Source: Octopus bimaculoides
Taxonomy: Eukaryota
Direction of reading: 5' to 3'
Assembly (NCBI RefSeq): GCF_001194135.2
Contig: NC_068989.1
Location: 49,450,980 to 49,514,584, forward strand
DNA length: 63,605 bases
Made by a program: the position numbers and the translations under genes. Under the pieces are notes generated by a model. It had not been told where the DNA came from. It did no database searches and saw only the letters and a list, made by a program, of their open reading frames with translations. Every line of letters begins with the position of its first letter. Position 1 is the stretch's first letter. This document shows, piece by piece, positions 39,870 through 53,542 of the stretch.

Positions 39870-40649
39870 TACATACACAATAGAGCCTGTTGTGGGCCCT
39901 GACCTTACTAGCTCCAGTCAAACTGTCCAACCCATACCAGCATGCACAATGGATATAAGTGCCATCAACATTACATTTTAATGCCTTTTATTCATGCTTC
40001 CATGGGTCAAGTGACATCACTGAGGCAGATTTTCTATGTCTGGATACACTTCTTGTCACCAATATTGACCTGTTTTGAAGCAAGGTAATATTTCCCTTAG
40101 TCTTTAAAGCATGGGACAGCACAAATGGCAGGACATATTTTTACCCTGCTAGTCTGATGATGACATTTGTTTACAAATAATACATGATGTAAAGATGAGA
40201 CATGAATGCACACACACACACACACATATATTCAACTGGCTTATATCAGTTTCCTTCTACTAATCCACTAACAAGGCTTGAGTTAGCCTGGGGTTATAGA
40301 AGAAGATTTATCCAAAGTGGTGTGCAGTAAGACTAAATCTGAAACCATGTAGTTGTGAAGCATACTTAATCATGCAGCCATAGCTGCATCTAGTGTGTGT
40401 GAGTATGCCTGCCTGTATGTATGTATGTATGTATGTACACATACACACACACAAACTAACACTGAATGTCTTAAAACAAATTTGACTAAATTAGAGAGAA
40501 AAAAATTCCTCAAGAATGTCAATTGTTCAACAAAACCCCAAGAAGTTTGATAAACAAAAAAGAAACAAATTTAAGAAAATAATGCAGAACATATATTGTT
40601 CATACAGAAAGAAAAAATAGTAATTTTATTAACATTTTATCAATTATGG

Positions 40650-40696
<47 letters not shown>

Positions 40697-42064
40697 TGTG
40701 TGTATGTGTGTGTGTTGGTTAATGTTTATCGTTTCGAAAATTATTTTTCATTTAAAACAGCAAAAAATAAAATGTCAAATGCAAATCACATTCTAAAATG
40801 TTGCTAACATTATTAAATAATACATATATTTGAATTAAATTTCAATTCTTAATAGATTTTTATTATCTATTAATCCCTGATTAATGAGAATAGAATTAAT
40901 TTTGTAATAATTCTAAGAAATGTTGCTTCTATATTTATGTAACATCAGAGTAAGAAAAAAATATGATAAAAAGAGTAACTAAGTGGATGGGTTATAAATT
41001 GGCATCTGAAAAGAAATGATTTTACTTCTGGTGTGATATGAAGGAGAACTTGCTCATTTGAGATATTGCCTTCTTTTTTTTTAAACCACAGACTATAAAA
41101 GCACAAGAGAGATGTCTCCTCCATAGAAATCTTACTCTGGATAATAATACCATCAAGGGAATGTTTGGGGTAGAAATGATGCCAGCTGAAGAATTATTCC
41201 AAAGAACCATGAGTTCATGTTCAACACTTTTTTAGCTTGTGAAGACCTATTGGGGCAAGCGAAAGCGAAATCGTGATGGCACCTGTGCCGCCTTTCTGGC
41301 ACTTGTGTAAGGACTTTCGAGCGAGATCATTGCCAGTGCCCCTGGACTGGCTCTTGTGCGGGTGGCACATAAAATACACCATTTTGAGCGTGGCCNNNNN
41401 NNNNNNNNNNNNNNNNNNNNNNNNNNNNNNNNNNNNNNNNNNNNNNNNNNNNNNNNNNNNNNNNNNNNNNNNNNNNNNNNNNNNNNNNNNNNNNNNNNNN
41501 NNNNNNNNNNNNNNNNNNNNNNNNNNNNNNNNNNNNNNNNNNNNNNNNNNNNNNNNNNNNNNNNNNNNNNNNNNNNNNNNNNNNNNNNNNNNNNNNNNNN
41601 NNNNNNNNNNNNNNNNNNNNNNNNNNNNNNNNNNNNNNNNNNNNNNNNNNNNNNNNNNNNNNNNNNNNNNNNNNNNNNNNNNNNNNNNNNNNNNNNNNNN
41701 NNNNNNNNNNNNNNNNNNNNNNNNNNNNNNNNNNNNNNNNNNNNNNNNNNNNNATATATATATATATATAATGATTCACCCACAGGAGGAACATTGTCCT
41801 CAGCTGTATATTATGGAGGTTTACTTGCTTGACAAGTATTTTGATCTAGATCATGTGTTGAAACTAAAATGATTGCAAGTTAGCCATTCAGAAATGTCAC
41901 ACAAAGACTGGTAAATTACTGCACAGTGAAAGGGTCACGGTTTTGAGTACTGCTTCAGTGAAGTTAATGTCTGTGTTTCTGAATGGCCTAATTTGTGTTT
42001 TTCATGCTGTAACCAGTTAATATATATTTTCAGTCAGTGGAATGCAACACATTCAGGAACTGCC

Positions 42065-43540
42065 TTTATTCTCTTACGCGTTTCGATCATTTGACTGTGG
42101 TCATGCTGGAGCACCACCTTGAAGGGTTTAAGTCGAAAAAAATCAACCCTAGGACTTATTCTTTGTAAGGCGAGTACTTGTTTTATCAGTCTCTTTTGCC
42201 AAACTGCAAAGTTACAGGGGCAAAGACACCAAAATATACCGAATATGCTCCTTTGTCACTTCCATTGTAGCTTTCAAAAAATAACTGTTAAAAATTGAAC
42301 TGCACTTGTCAAAACTTGCACTAAGAATAAGTACAAGGTAAAATTACTACCTGCTTTTATAGCAAGTTGATGCAGGTAGTTTATCACATCCCTCTCCAAC
42401 TTGTAGCTCATGCAATTGAAAAAACTGCATTATTTATGGGATGATCCAATATACATACACACACACACACAACAGGCTTCTTTCAGATTCCATCTATCAA
42501 ATGCACTCACAAGGTTTTCGTCAGCCTGAGGTTATAGCAGAAGACACTTCTGGCCAAAGGTGTCACACACTGAACCTGGAGTTATGTGGTTGGGAAGGAA
42601 ACTTCTTACCACACAGCCATGCCTCAAATAAATTAACCTCTTTGTCTACTAGTCTCTTTTTGCCAAACAGCTTAGTTACACAGACATTAACAAACCACCA
42701 CTGGTTGTCAAGTGGTGGTGGGGTACAAAGACACACACAGAGACACACTCTCTCTCTCTCTATATATATATATATATNNNNNNNNNNNNNNNNNNNNNNN
42801 NNNNNNNNNNNNNNNNNNNNNNNNNNNNNNNNNNNNNNNNNNNNNNNNNNNNNNNNNNNNNNNNNNNNNNNNNNNNNNNNNNNNNNNNNNNNNNNNNNNN
42901 NNNNNNNNNNNNNNNNNNNNNNNNNNNNNNNNNNNNNNNNNNNNNNNNNNNNNNNNNNNNNNNNNNNNNNNNNNNNNNNNNNNNNNNNNNNNNNNNNNNN
43001 NNNNNNNNNNNNNNNNNNNNNNNNNNNNNNNNNNNNNNNNNNNNNNNNNNNNNNNNNNNNNNNNNNNNNNNNNNNNNNNNNNNNNNNNNNNNNNNNNNNN
43101 NNNNNNNNNNNNNNNNNNNNNNNNNNNNNNNNNNNNNNNNNNNNNNNNNNNNNNNNNNNNNNNNNNNNNNNNNNNNNNNNNNNNNNNNNNNNNNNNNNNN
43201 NNNNNNNNNNNNNNNNNNNNNNNNNNNNNNNNNNNNNNNNNNNNNNNNNNNNNNNNNNNNNNNNNNNNNNNNNNNNNNNNNNNNNNNNNNNNNNNNNNNN
43301 NNNNNNNNNNNNNNNNNNNNNNNNNNNNNNNNNNNNNNNNNNNNNNNNNNNNNNNNNNNNNNNNNNNNNNNNNATATATATATATATATATAATGGATTT
43401 CTTCCAGTTTCTATCTACCAAATTCACTCAACGCTTTGGTCAGCCTGGAGCTATATCAGAAAACACTTGTCTGAGGTGCCAAACCTGGAACTGTGAGGTT
43501 TGGAAGCAAGCTTCTCACTGCACAACCACATCTGCACCTA
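42065..43540 (-). mobile_element. Cluster of family A SINE fragments around an assembly gap
   Basis: Fragments at about 42065-42230, 42460-42740 and 43390-43540, all reverse orientation. Confidence 0.7.
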
Positions 43541-44806
43541 TAAAAATTTAATCTTACCTCAAAGTAGAGACCTACCCCAAATGCTTACAACAGAGTAGTT
43601 TCCACAAAAGGCACCCAAGACAAGAGTCAGGTGATAGTGTTAAACAAGACAACAAACTAGGTTTGTCGACCAGCTTCCATCAACCAAATTTCAGTCTCAA
43701 TGATATTATCAATGTAAACAACATTTGCAATATGATGTGCCTTGGGCTGAATACTGAATAAGTCCTGATGTTTGGTATAGTACAATAGTACAAAAATTCT
43801 CTTAGATTTAAAAAGTTAGATAAAAGAACAAAACGCTCATTGTATTTCATTTTGCTTTTTTCTCTACTAAATCAGACAAAACTGATGTGCTACCAGCTAA
43901 TTTCAGTTCATATAGCATTACAGACATAAAATACACTTCTTTATAGCTATGATGCTTGTCTAGTGCAATGATATATTGTCGTGAAATGAAACGTGTACAG
44001 TTACTGGGGAGCAATGAGATACGCAAAATCTAATGAACAATATGAAACAGATTCCATATGGGCGAATTCAGAATAAGTTTAGCTATCACAGGTATAAGGC
44101 AAATAAAATGTTGAGGTCAATTTTCTACAGTTGTTGCCAACCCTTACTTGTTTCCTAGCAAAGTAATATTTCCCTCATGGAAGGACAGGTTTCAATGAAA
44201 GACTGAAAATGCAGATCACAATTGGTATGACAGTGACAGGCAAGGACACACACACATATTGTATAGGTGCAATAAGAAGTTTGTTTTTCAATCACATGAT
44301 TCTGGGTTTTAATATTTAATATATGACTAAGGTGACAAGCTGGCAGAATTGTTAGGATGCCAAGCAACATGCTTAGCAACACCTTATCGAAGTGTCTTCT
44401 ACTACAGCCTCAGCCTAACCAAAGCCTTGTGAATGGATTTGGTAGACAGAAACTGAAAGAAGCATGTCAAGTATGTGTATTTGTGTGTGTGGTGTCTTTG
44501 TGACTGTGCTTATCCCCCACCACAGTGTTGGTGTGTTTATGTCCCCATAACTTAGCAATTCATCAAAAAAGAATGATAGAAAAAGTACCAGGCTAAAAGA
44601 AAAAAAAAAAAAAAAAAAAAANNNNNNNNNNNNNNNNNNNNNNNNNNNNNNNNNNNNNNNNNNNNNNNNNNNNNNNNNNNNNNNNNNNNNNNNNNNNNNN
44701 NNNNNNNNNNNNNNNNNNNNNNNNNNNNNNNNNNNNNNNNNNNNNNNNNNNNNNNNNNNNNNNNNNNNNNNNNNNNNNNNNNNNNNNNNNNNNNNNNNNN
44801 NNNNNN

Positions 44807-44884
<78 letters not shown>

Positions 44885-44949
44885 CATTGCAAGCAAGCAA
44901 GTAAGATTGAAGTTCGTTTTAATGTAATATAGATATATATACATAAATA

Positions 44950-45270
44950 TATACATAGCACCATTTGAATATTGGGCCTCATGGAGGCAATGACAGGTGA
45001 CTGAGATCTTTGGCAATATACCATGCTTGAGAAGGCCTGTCAAGCCAAGTGAGATCGTAGTTGTGGTCAATGCCGGTGTCATGTAACTGGCATGTAAAAA
45101 ACACCCACTACACTCTTGGAGTGGTTGGCACAAAGAAGGGCATGCAGCTGGAGAAACCATGCCAAATCAGACTGGAACCAGGTGCAGCTCCCCAGCTTAC
45201 CAGTTCCAATCAAACCATCCTACTCATGCCAGTATGGAAAGCAGACATTAAATGATAATGAGGATGAAGA
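44950..45270 (+). mobile_element. Repeat family C
   Basis: Homologous to 12680-12935 with extra 5' sequence. Confidence 0.75.
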
Positions 45271-45469
45271 TATACATGCATACAACACACAATGTTTTTC
45301 TTTCAGTCTCCATCAACTAAATTCACTCAAAAAAACTTTGCTTAGCCAAGGGCTATAATAGAAGAAACTTGCCCAGAGTGCCACACAGTGAAACTGAAAG
45401 CTAACTTCTTAACTATACAGATATGCATGTGTCATTACATCTATAAAATAATTAGTTTCAATGTTCTAG

Positions 45470-45600
45470 AATGGATAGTTCTTGATAATTAAATGACCTA
45501 ATTAGCAGTGGAAGAGGATGTTCGAAAGTTATGGTGGTTAGAATAAGAACAGATATGGTAAAAATATAGATAATGTAGATACAGATGGCTTGAGAGAAAT
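45470..45600 (+). mobile_element. RTE-type LINE reverse transcriptase remnant
   Basis: Translates DLISSGRGCSKVMVVRIRT, resembling the RTE segment YLGD..SSGGGC......RIR..W. Confidence 0.5.
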
Positions 45601-47513
45601 AAGACTGACTGTTCCAGTAACGGCCGGGCCAATTCTGAGTTACAAAAGTCATAAAGGAAAGGTTAATAAAACTAAAAGCTGATGGTGCATAGTAGTTGAG
45701 GTAGTGGTAGGCTAAGAGATATATATATGGAATGAAGTTATTGAACATGACAGAAGAATTAATAAATGACAAAAGACAACTGAAGAGATTCAATATTGTG
45801 GAGCTAGATAGATAACCAGCAAACTAGCCAATCAATGCCAGCATGGAAAAAACAGATGTAAACTGACAACAATGATAATTTCAAAAAGGCTGCACAATAG
45901 GAATGGTGAGAGATTGACTGATTGATTGACTGGCAGAAATAGACTATTCTGTGTTCAATGTCAGATGTAATGCACATTGATCAAAAGTAGTGTTGAAGTG
46001 GAGTCAGAGAGAGAGAGGGAGGGAGAGGAAGGAGAGAAAGAGAGAGATAGCTTGAAAAAGAATAGCAGTGATGGAAGGAAGGGGGACAAAATGTAACGTA
46101 CCTTAGCAGAGTTAATTAACATTCAGAAGTAGCAAAAACTAACAATAATGTTAGAAATTGAATTTGATAAATATAGAGAACATAGTATAAAAAAGTGGAA
46201 GAGTCAAATGCAGGAATGGGTGTAGAGTTAAAAAGTTCACTTCTTGGCTGTGTGGTTTTGGATCCATTCCTACTGCACACCACCTTATGTAAATGTCTTC
46301 TAGAGCAGCCTTGAACTGACTGTCTTGTGAGTGAATTTGGTAGAAACTGCACAAAGCCAGTCATGTGTTTGTCTGTGTGTATGTGTGTGTGTGTGTGTGT
46401 GAATGTAAATATTCATAAATTGGGACAGTGAATTACAAAAGGTAAAGTTTGTTTTCTCTCAACAAATCACCTGATAGATTTGCAGTTTCAAAATTAAGTG
46501 GAATAAAAGTCCTGTATTTGGAAACCAGGTAAGGGTTTGTAACTGGAAAGTCATCCAGTAATAAAAAAAAAAATGCCTCATAAATATATGTTTATCCAAA
46601 CCCTGCAGGCATAGAAAAGCAGATGTAAAACAAATACAAGAAGAGTACTAATGTTGTGGGGGGGAAAAAATCATGACTAATTATAATACTCTATCTTGCA
46701 ATCTATAAATATTTGAGGCTTCATATATCATGTGCATGTACTTGTGTACTTTAAAATTTAGAGTAGGAAGGGATTGCCACACAACATTAGGACCTTCGAG
46801 GAGGAAGTTGTTCTCATATCAAATATCTGATGCAATGCTTGCGACAGAGAGCACTATGCTAAAGGCACCCAAAGGTTAGATGGAATTATTAAACTAGACA
46901 GTAGAATATGTCTACTGCCTAAAAGATGCAGTGTGATGCTTATGGCAAGACACTGAATTGCACACTGGTAAAACTGTTTCAAAAATAGGGAAACACACAT
47001 GTTTAAACTTTTAATGAAGAGTAAGCTGATGACACTAATCTATAAAAATACAGAAATATAAAAATATCAAATATACATTATGCATATTAGCATGAATCTG
47101 TGTAAAATGGAAACATACACAAATGTACTGGTGGCATGTAAAAAGCACCCAGCACACTCTGTAAATTAGGAAAGGCATCTAGCTGTAGAAACCATGCCAC
47201 CTCAGACAATTTGGAGTCTGGACAGCTCCTGTGAAACCGTCCAGCTAATACCAGCATGGAAAACAGATGCTAAACCATGATGACGATGATGGTGATGCCA
47301 ATATAGAAATAAAATTAGAAAAAGTTGGATATAAATTTATGTAAATTCTTCTCCATCCATGCAGAAAGATACAAATTTCAATATCAATAGATAATATAAG
47401 CAAGTCAACCAGAATACACACACTTTGGAGTCACTTCTATCCAACAGCACCAATGACACACAATTATTCATTGCAGACACCAGCCACACCACACACAGAG
47501 TAGGTGTACATAC

Positions 47514-47613
47514 TATATAACTTATATAAACAGCTCCATCTATCCCTTTCTGCTTAAATGAAGTAGGATCAGTAAGGTCACTTGAAATGACTACATTACA
47601 GTAGTACATTTCT
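47514..47613 (-). CDS. Candidate 100-nt exon (EMYYCNVVISSDLTDPTSFKQKGIDGAVYISYI)
   Basis: cattacattcttacag acceptor, A|GTATGT donor, single open frame; no recognised homology. Confidence 0.25.
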
Positions 47614-47958
47614 CTGTAAGAATGTAATGACATGACACTCGACATCATGTCTGGTTTATTCTTCTTTCAAACAGAATGTACAAATATTTGATTGACAGGT
47701 TATCACCTGTGTTTTCATAATATATACCAAACCGGTAATTTGAGGTGAAGTTCTGAAGGCAACTTCTCATCTTTATTTATCTTATGATGTTATAAAAACT
47801 TATCGACATGCAGCATTTCTTTTCACACCTACCACTTCATTACTTTTTCATGTGTCTGTATTTGTAAAGGACAAATACTTGATATACATGTAAGGTTATT
47901 TTATTTATTTATTTTATTTTTTTTTTTGGATATAGTGCATGTGTGTGTGTGCGTGTGT

Positions 47959-48001
<43 letters not shown>

Positions 48002-49445
48002 GGAGAAAGTGTGTGTATGTCACATAGAATCAAAGCTATTATTTGTAGTTTCCCTTCACAGAATATTGGGAATTTAGTTTCATGTGTATCACATGCTGGC
48101 GTTAGTATCTAATTATTCTTTTCAAAGAATTCTTTTAACAGTCATATAGATTTTTTTTTCATTCAGTATCTAAGAAAATCATAGGAAGCATAAATCATCA
48201 CAACCAATTAAGTGTAAAAAATAAAAATAATTCATTCAGAAAATTTGAGATCATATCAACTAATATGTAAAATGGTAAGAAGTGTCATCAGGTGATTTTC
48301 AAGAAAAACATTTAAATTTAACAAACTTTTCTATTGTCTGTTGACTTCTAATACATTAATCTCATTATGCTTTCATTTTGAAATGTTTAATGATACACAG
48401 CCATTTCCACATCACTATTATTTCAAGAACCCTAGAATATGTATACATGTAGATGCCACATCTATCAAACTGATATATTTATATGAGTATATATGTACTT
48501 GCATATAATCATACTTCAGTCTTTCAATGCCTGTTATAAAGCCACTCCTCTCCACTGTCTCCTTCCAAATACTTTCTCTTAGAAGTGGGAGTTTTTTCCT
48601 TTTCCTTTGTTCTTTAATGTCTTGCAAGTTTCATGGCAACCTCACTGGTACCACTAGAATGTAAAGTGGCTGGTGTTAGGTAGAATATTCAACTGTAGAA
48701 ACCATGCCAATGAAGACACTGGAGCTTGATACAACCTTGCAGCTCATCAGTCCCCAGTCAAACCATCAAACCCATGCCAGCATAGAAGTGGACATGAGAA
48801 GATGATGATGATGGGCATAGTTTTGGGCTCAGATCCATTGCATAGTATCTCCGACAAGTATCGTTTACTACAACCTTGAAACAACCAAAGCCTTGCAAAT
48901 GAATTTGATAGGCAGGAACTTGAAGATGGCCCATCAAGTAAGCATGCTTATATATGCATACACATGGATGTATAGATGTACATGTGCATGTATGTTGGTG
49001 GACGTTAAGACAAAGATGATGACATATCATTTCAGTCTGCCACTTTATGTTGACAAATACATTTTACTCTCCTCTCTATATACACATATATATGTACATA
49101 CATCTACAAATATATATGGACATATATACACACACATTACCTCGCTTGGAAACAGGTGGACATAGGTGGCAAGAAGGACCTACAGTCATAGATTATCTAC
49201 CGCAATGAATTCTGTATGATCCAGGAAGCATGGATAAATGGATATTGAAACGATGATGGCAATTGCAATATTGTATTTGCAGGTATTTTATTTTTCCTAT
49301 GCACATACATATATATGCATCTATCAGTTTTAATACATATAGACATGAAATAACCATGTAGAAATAGTCACCTTTATACATGACTATCTTCATATCCTTT
49401 ATAACAATGTTTTATTATAAATAGTGGACTTTTGTTCTGCTTTAC

Positions 49446-49519
49446 ACCTGCCAACTTCTCTTCCCACTGAATCATGTATAGGACTACAAGAGCTCTTTCT
49501 ATTCCACAATGCCACAAGT
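49446..49519 (-). CDS. Candidate exon (72 or 74 nt)
   Basis: Very long polypyrimidine tract ending acatag; alternative donors CAG|GTGTAA or GGT|GTAAAG; two frames open. Confidence 0.25.
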
Positions 49520-50005
49520 CTATGTAAAAAAAAGAAAAAAAAAAGAAAAAAAAAAAACTTGGTCAATTGCAAAGTTACAGAAACAGCTGTTTCTGAGAAT
49601 TGTGAACAAGTCTGGAAAAATGAAACAACACATACATATATTTTGGACTTTGTTTGTATTTGCATTTTTGTGTCACATACACACCAACACAATGTACACA
49701 CATGTATATATGTATGTTTTTACACACACACACATTTATATTTTATTGTATACACAAAGTATAGTGAAAGCAGGAAGTTTCCAAGGAGAGGAAATTATGT
49801 TGGTAATGCATTAATATCAATGCATTTTTTATTTATATATGATTATCAATTAACCTTCCTCAATTCACGCCATACTGCTTTAAAATAGGACTACACCATT
49901 GTAAATATACAGTGACCAAAAAAAGACCGAAATAGAAGACGAGAAGATTATGGTTTGAATATCTTTGATCATACGATTACCTAATTACAGTTGATTTAGT
50001 TTTAA

Positions 50006-50223
50006 CCCTTTAGCATTTAAACTGGCCGTATCTGGCCAAAATATTGTTTCTGTTTTATGTTCAAACTTGTGATCTAACACCTCACACCTGCCTTACAATG
50101 TCATTTTAAAAATAAACAATCATATCATCAAAATCCTAAAGCTATGAAATAATATAAGATTAATTCAGAACAATGTGAATAAATAAGCCTTACATTTGAC
50201 AGAATGATTTGAATGCTAAAGGG
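50006..50223. mobile_element. piggyBac-like MITE, second family
   Basis: ttaa|ccctttagcattt...gaatgctaaaggg|ttaa. Confidence 0.8.
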
Positions 50224-50648
50224 TTAACAACAGAGTACTCCAAGGTCATCTCAAAGTTTTATCTTGCTAACAAAAAATGCTTCAGGGTAAAGGCAAGTAT
50301 AATTTGTTAATTGTAACTTGTGTCTTTTTCAAAAACAAATTTTAACATTTTATCAATTTATTGAAATGTATAAAAACCTCTGTTTAATGCATTCAAATCA
50401 TCTCATCATTTTAATACATTAGTTTTTAAATGGTGAATCACAAGGGATATGCAGATGCACCACAAATTTTTAAAAACAATTTAAGGCTTTAGAAAATCCA
50501 CTCATATGTTCGAAAAAAAGAAAAAAACGTGTTATTTATGGCATTCAAAAAAGAATAATTGGAAATTTCCTAGTGCCTACAAAGAAAGTAATCCTTTCTG
50601 TACATTATTTACAATGGACAGATAAGTGTCCTCACCTTGTTTATTGCT

Positions 50649-50694
50649 ACCACAACATTTCAGCTGATGTACTCTCCAGCCTTCATCCGGTGTT
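50649..50694 (-). ncRNA. Minimal type I hammerhead ribozyme motif, mutated core
   Basis: Minus strand reads AACAC-CGGATGA-A-GGCTG-gagagtacat-CAGCT-GAA-ATGT-T-GTGGT (U4 to G; ACGU to AUGU, a CpG-type decay). Confidence 0.65.
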
Positions 50695-50720
50695 CTGGTA
50701 GAATTTTGAAATTCCACCAG

Positions 50721-50766
50721 AACACTTGATGAAGGCTGGAGAGTACATCAGCTGAAACTTTGTGAT
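50721..50766 (+). ncRNA. Minimal type I hammerhead ribozyme motif, mutated core
   Basis: AACAC-TTGATGA-A-GGCTG-gagagtacat-CAGCT-GAA-ACTT-T-GTGAT: stem I, CUGAUGA-like box (C3 to U), stem II, GAA, degenerate ACGU and stem I partner. Confidence 0.65.
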
Positions 50767-53542
50767 AACAACAAACAAGTGAGGACACCTATCTATCCAT
50801 TGTAAATAATGTACATAATTCCACATCTCGAAAACTATAGAATAGTATAATCTTTTCTGGTTGTATATGTTTTAAGCACCACAGATGCTGCAAAAAAAAG
50901 AAAATGTTTAAAGAGAATGCCACCTCCACAACAACCTTTCCATAATGTTTTTCTTTAGTTTCGATTATCATGAATTTTATTCTTCCCAAGTTTTACGCTG
51001 TGTATATTTTGAAAAATCATAATCTGATATTTAAAACAAATGTAAAAAGCTTTCCACAACTACAAAACAGAAAAGGGGAAAAAGAAAAAAAAAAATTGCC
51101 TAACCCCAGTTTGTGTTTTTTCTTCAGAATCATAATCTGCAATGTTTAAAACATATGGGCAATTTAGTGCACCAACAATTTCTTACAATTTTTTTAGGAA
51201 CGCTATTATTAATAATTTTTTACAAGTATGATTTCTAAAAGATATATGTGAGTTTTCCATAGGGAGCGGGGCAAAATAAGTATTTTTTGATTTCTTGTTA
51301 TTTTCTTCCTATCAGTTTGAAACCATTACATTGCAAGTATTGCATGATCGTTTTGTACTGTTGCATCATTTTTGGGACTACAATTTGGTCAGCACTATGT
51401 TGTTGAAGTTGAAAGAGTTTGAAATAAGTACTTTTTATTTCTAAGACATTTTCCCTCAAATTTGACCCGACTGTAATTGAGGCTGCTAATAAAATATCTG
51501 CATAATTTTTTATGTCTAACAATCAAAATTCTTTTCTCTGTTGGATTCCAAGTTAGACACAGTCTAATTTGATAATTTTCAAAAAAAAAAAAAAAAATCA
51601 TATCTAAAGTGGAGCAAAATGAGTAACGACTAATTTCAACAGTGTTTCCTCTTTAATTGTATGGTGTGTAATTAGAAAGAGAGCTACAGCAGTAGATCGT
51701 GAAGAAGCTATTGACAATGATATATTAGCGACAGAGACAGCATTAATACCAAAAGGTAATCTTTGTCCCCACTTAAACGTGGATGTTCAATTCGAACAAA
51801 TTTTACTGCGGTTGTTGTTATGGGTTAAACTCTCACCTTGGCTTTTCTGTGCAAAATGCATTTGTGTTAAGTTTTTAGATTTAGTCAAGTTTGATTATAT
51901 ATGCCATTTTTCCACAATCCTCTTTCCTCTATACTATATATTTAAAATTTTTGTAGCTTTTCTGATGTCGAAGGATGGATACTGATCTGTAAAACTCTTT
52001 TTTCACAACCATTGGAGTGCGAAGTGCTCCACACAAATGCAGTTCATGATATGGTTGTGATCTGTAAACAGTTTCGAGTAGGAACCAGAAAAAGAACAAT
52101 GAACATGCAATGCACATACATGTTCACACTGAATTTGTAAAACTGAAGAGCAGAATAAAAACGTAATGTGCATGTCAAAATAAAATGGAAGAGAATAAAA
52201 ATGCGATGTCAAACAAGTTATGATGGTCTGCATGCCACATCTGACACCATCAGCTTTACTGCAATTTTCTTGTTTCAAATGTAATTCTAAAGAAATTTAC
52301 CTTATTTTGTCTGACTCATTTTGTCCCACCTAAATTTGTCCTTTTTTATGCTCAAAAAGAACAGAGATGATTTTCTGAAATAATATTTAAGTTATTTAAG
52401 CTGATATAATTTTTGTAAGGTAGTGAACATATGTAAAAAAAAATATTTAGCTGTGTGGTAATGAAGTCTCTCTTGGTTTATTATGTGATGTGTAAACATA
52501 ATTGAGATAATTGAGCACAATAGTCATTCAGGATTTTTAATGCTGAAAAACGCATTTGAACTTCACTTTTAATATGATGCTGTGGCATTATGTAAGATGG
52601 CTGCTGGTTCAATAGTCATTCATGGCGAAGGTAATCACATCGGGGTTACTAGTTTTAGCTGCGATGTTATGAAGTCTCTCCTGGTTTACCATGGAATGTT
52701 GCATACCATTATATAACATATGCTGCATGTTAACCCGTGGGAATAATACAAGAAACGAACTTTAAAATAACAGCAACACCTTATTCCCCTGCTAAATTAT
52801 ACAGAAGACCAAATACACACATCACAAATTCTGTTGACTGAATAGTTCATCTATCGTTAGGATAATTCGACTCTGGCCATTGTTGGTTACAAGTACTTCA
52901 TTGTCTCAACAGGAAAATATCATGACACATGCTCTGGGAAAATCTCTCACTTCTCTCAGTGACAATGATTTTACATTGCTATTTATAAGCAAAAAGGGAT
53001 TCATAGCGATAGTTCAGATTAATTGTTTGAGGATGTATTATGCGCACCGTGAATAGATCAAAGATCCATATTCCATGCAATACTTGACCTATCAAAATAC
53101 AAGACTCAACCAAATGTTCCAAACTCACATGATTAGTCAAATGACAAATCATTAAAGATTAACATGTGGAGCCTTATAGTAAATATAAAAAGCTAGTTGA
53201 ACATAAAAAGTTAGAACAGAAATGAGTTATGCTACAAATATTTTTTTTTCTCAAAGTCAAAAACGCATTAAATATTACTCACTGTGCCTCTTCCCTTATA
53301 TACTTTTGTCTGAACTTTTAACTTTAAAACAGAGTTTGGGAATATTTTTTAAAATCTTAAGATTTTTTAAAATATTTTTTGAGAATAATGACAAAATACC
53401 TTTACAAGTAAAAGTAAATTGCTGACGTCCAATGGCTGTGCAATTTTGCAATAAAATCATATAAAAAGGTTCCACAAAATGTGTGAAAACTACTGACCTG
53501 GGCAATAAGCCACGGATTGGAATTGAATAAAGAACATCTGGA

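Larger units (their letters stand above)
50599..50815. mobile_element. Palindromic Penelope-like (pLTR-type) element, about 105-bp arms, each with a minimal type I hammerhead motif
   Basis: Left arm tgtacattatttacaatgg...ccggtgttctggtagaattt is the reverse complement of right arm aaattccaccagaacac...ccattgtaaataatgtaca. Homologous to the elements at 61.9 and 15.2 kb. Confidence 0.85.
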
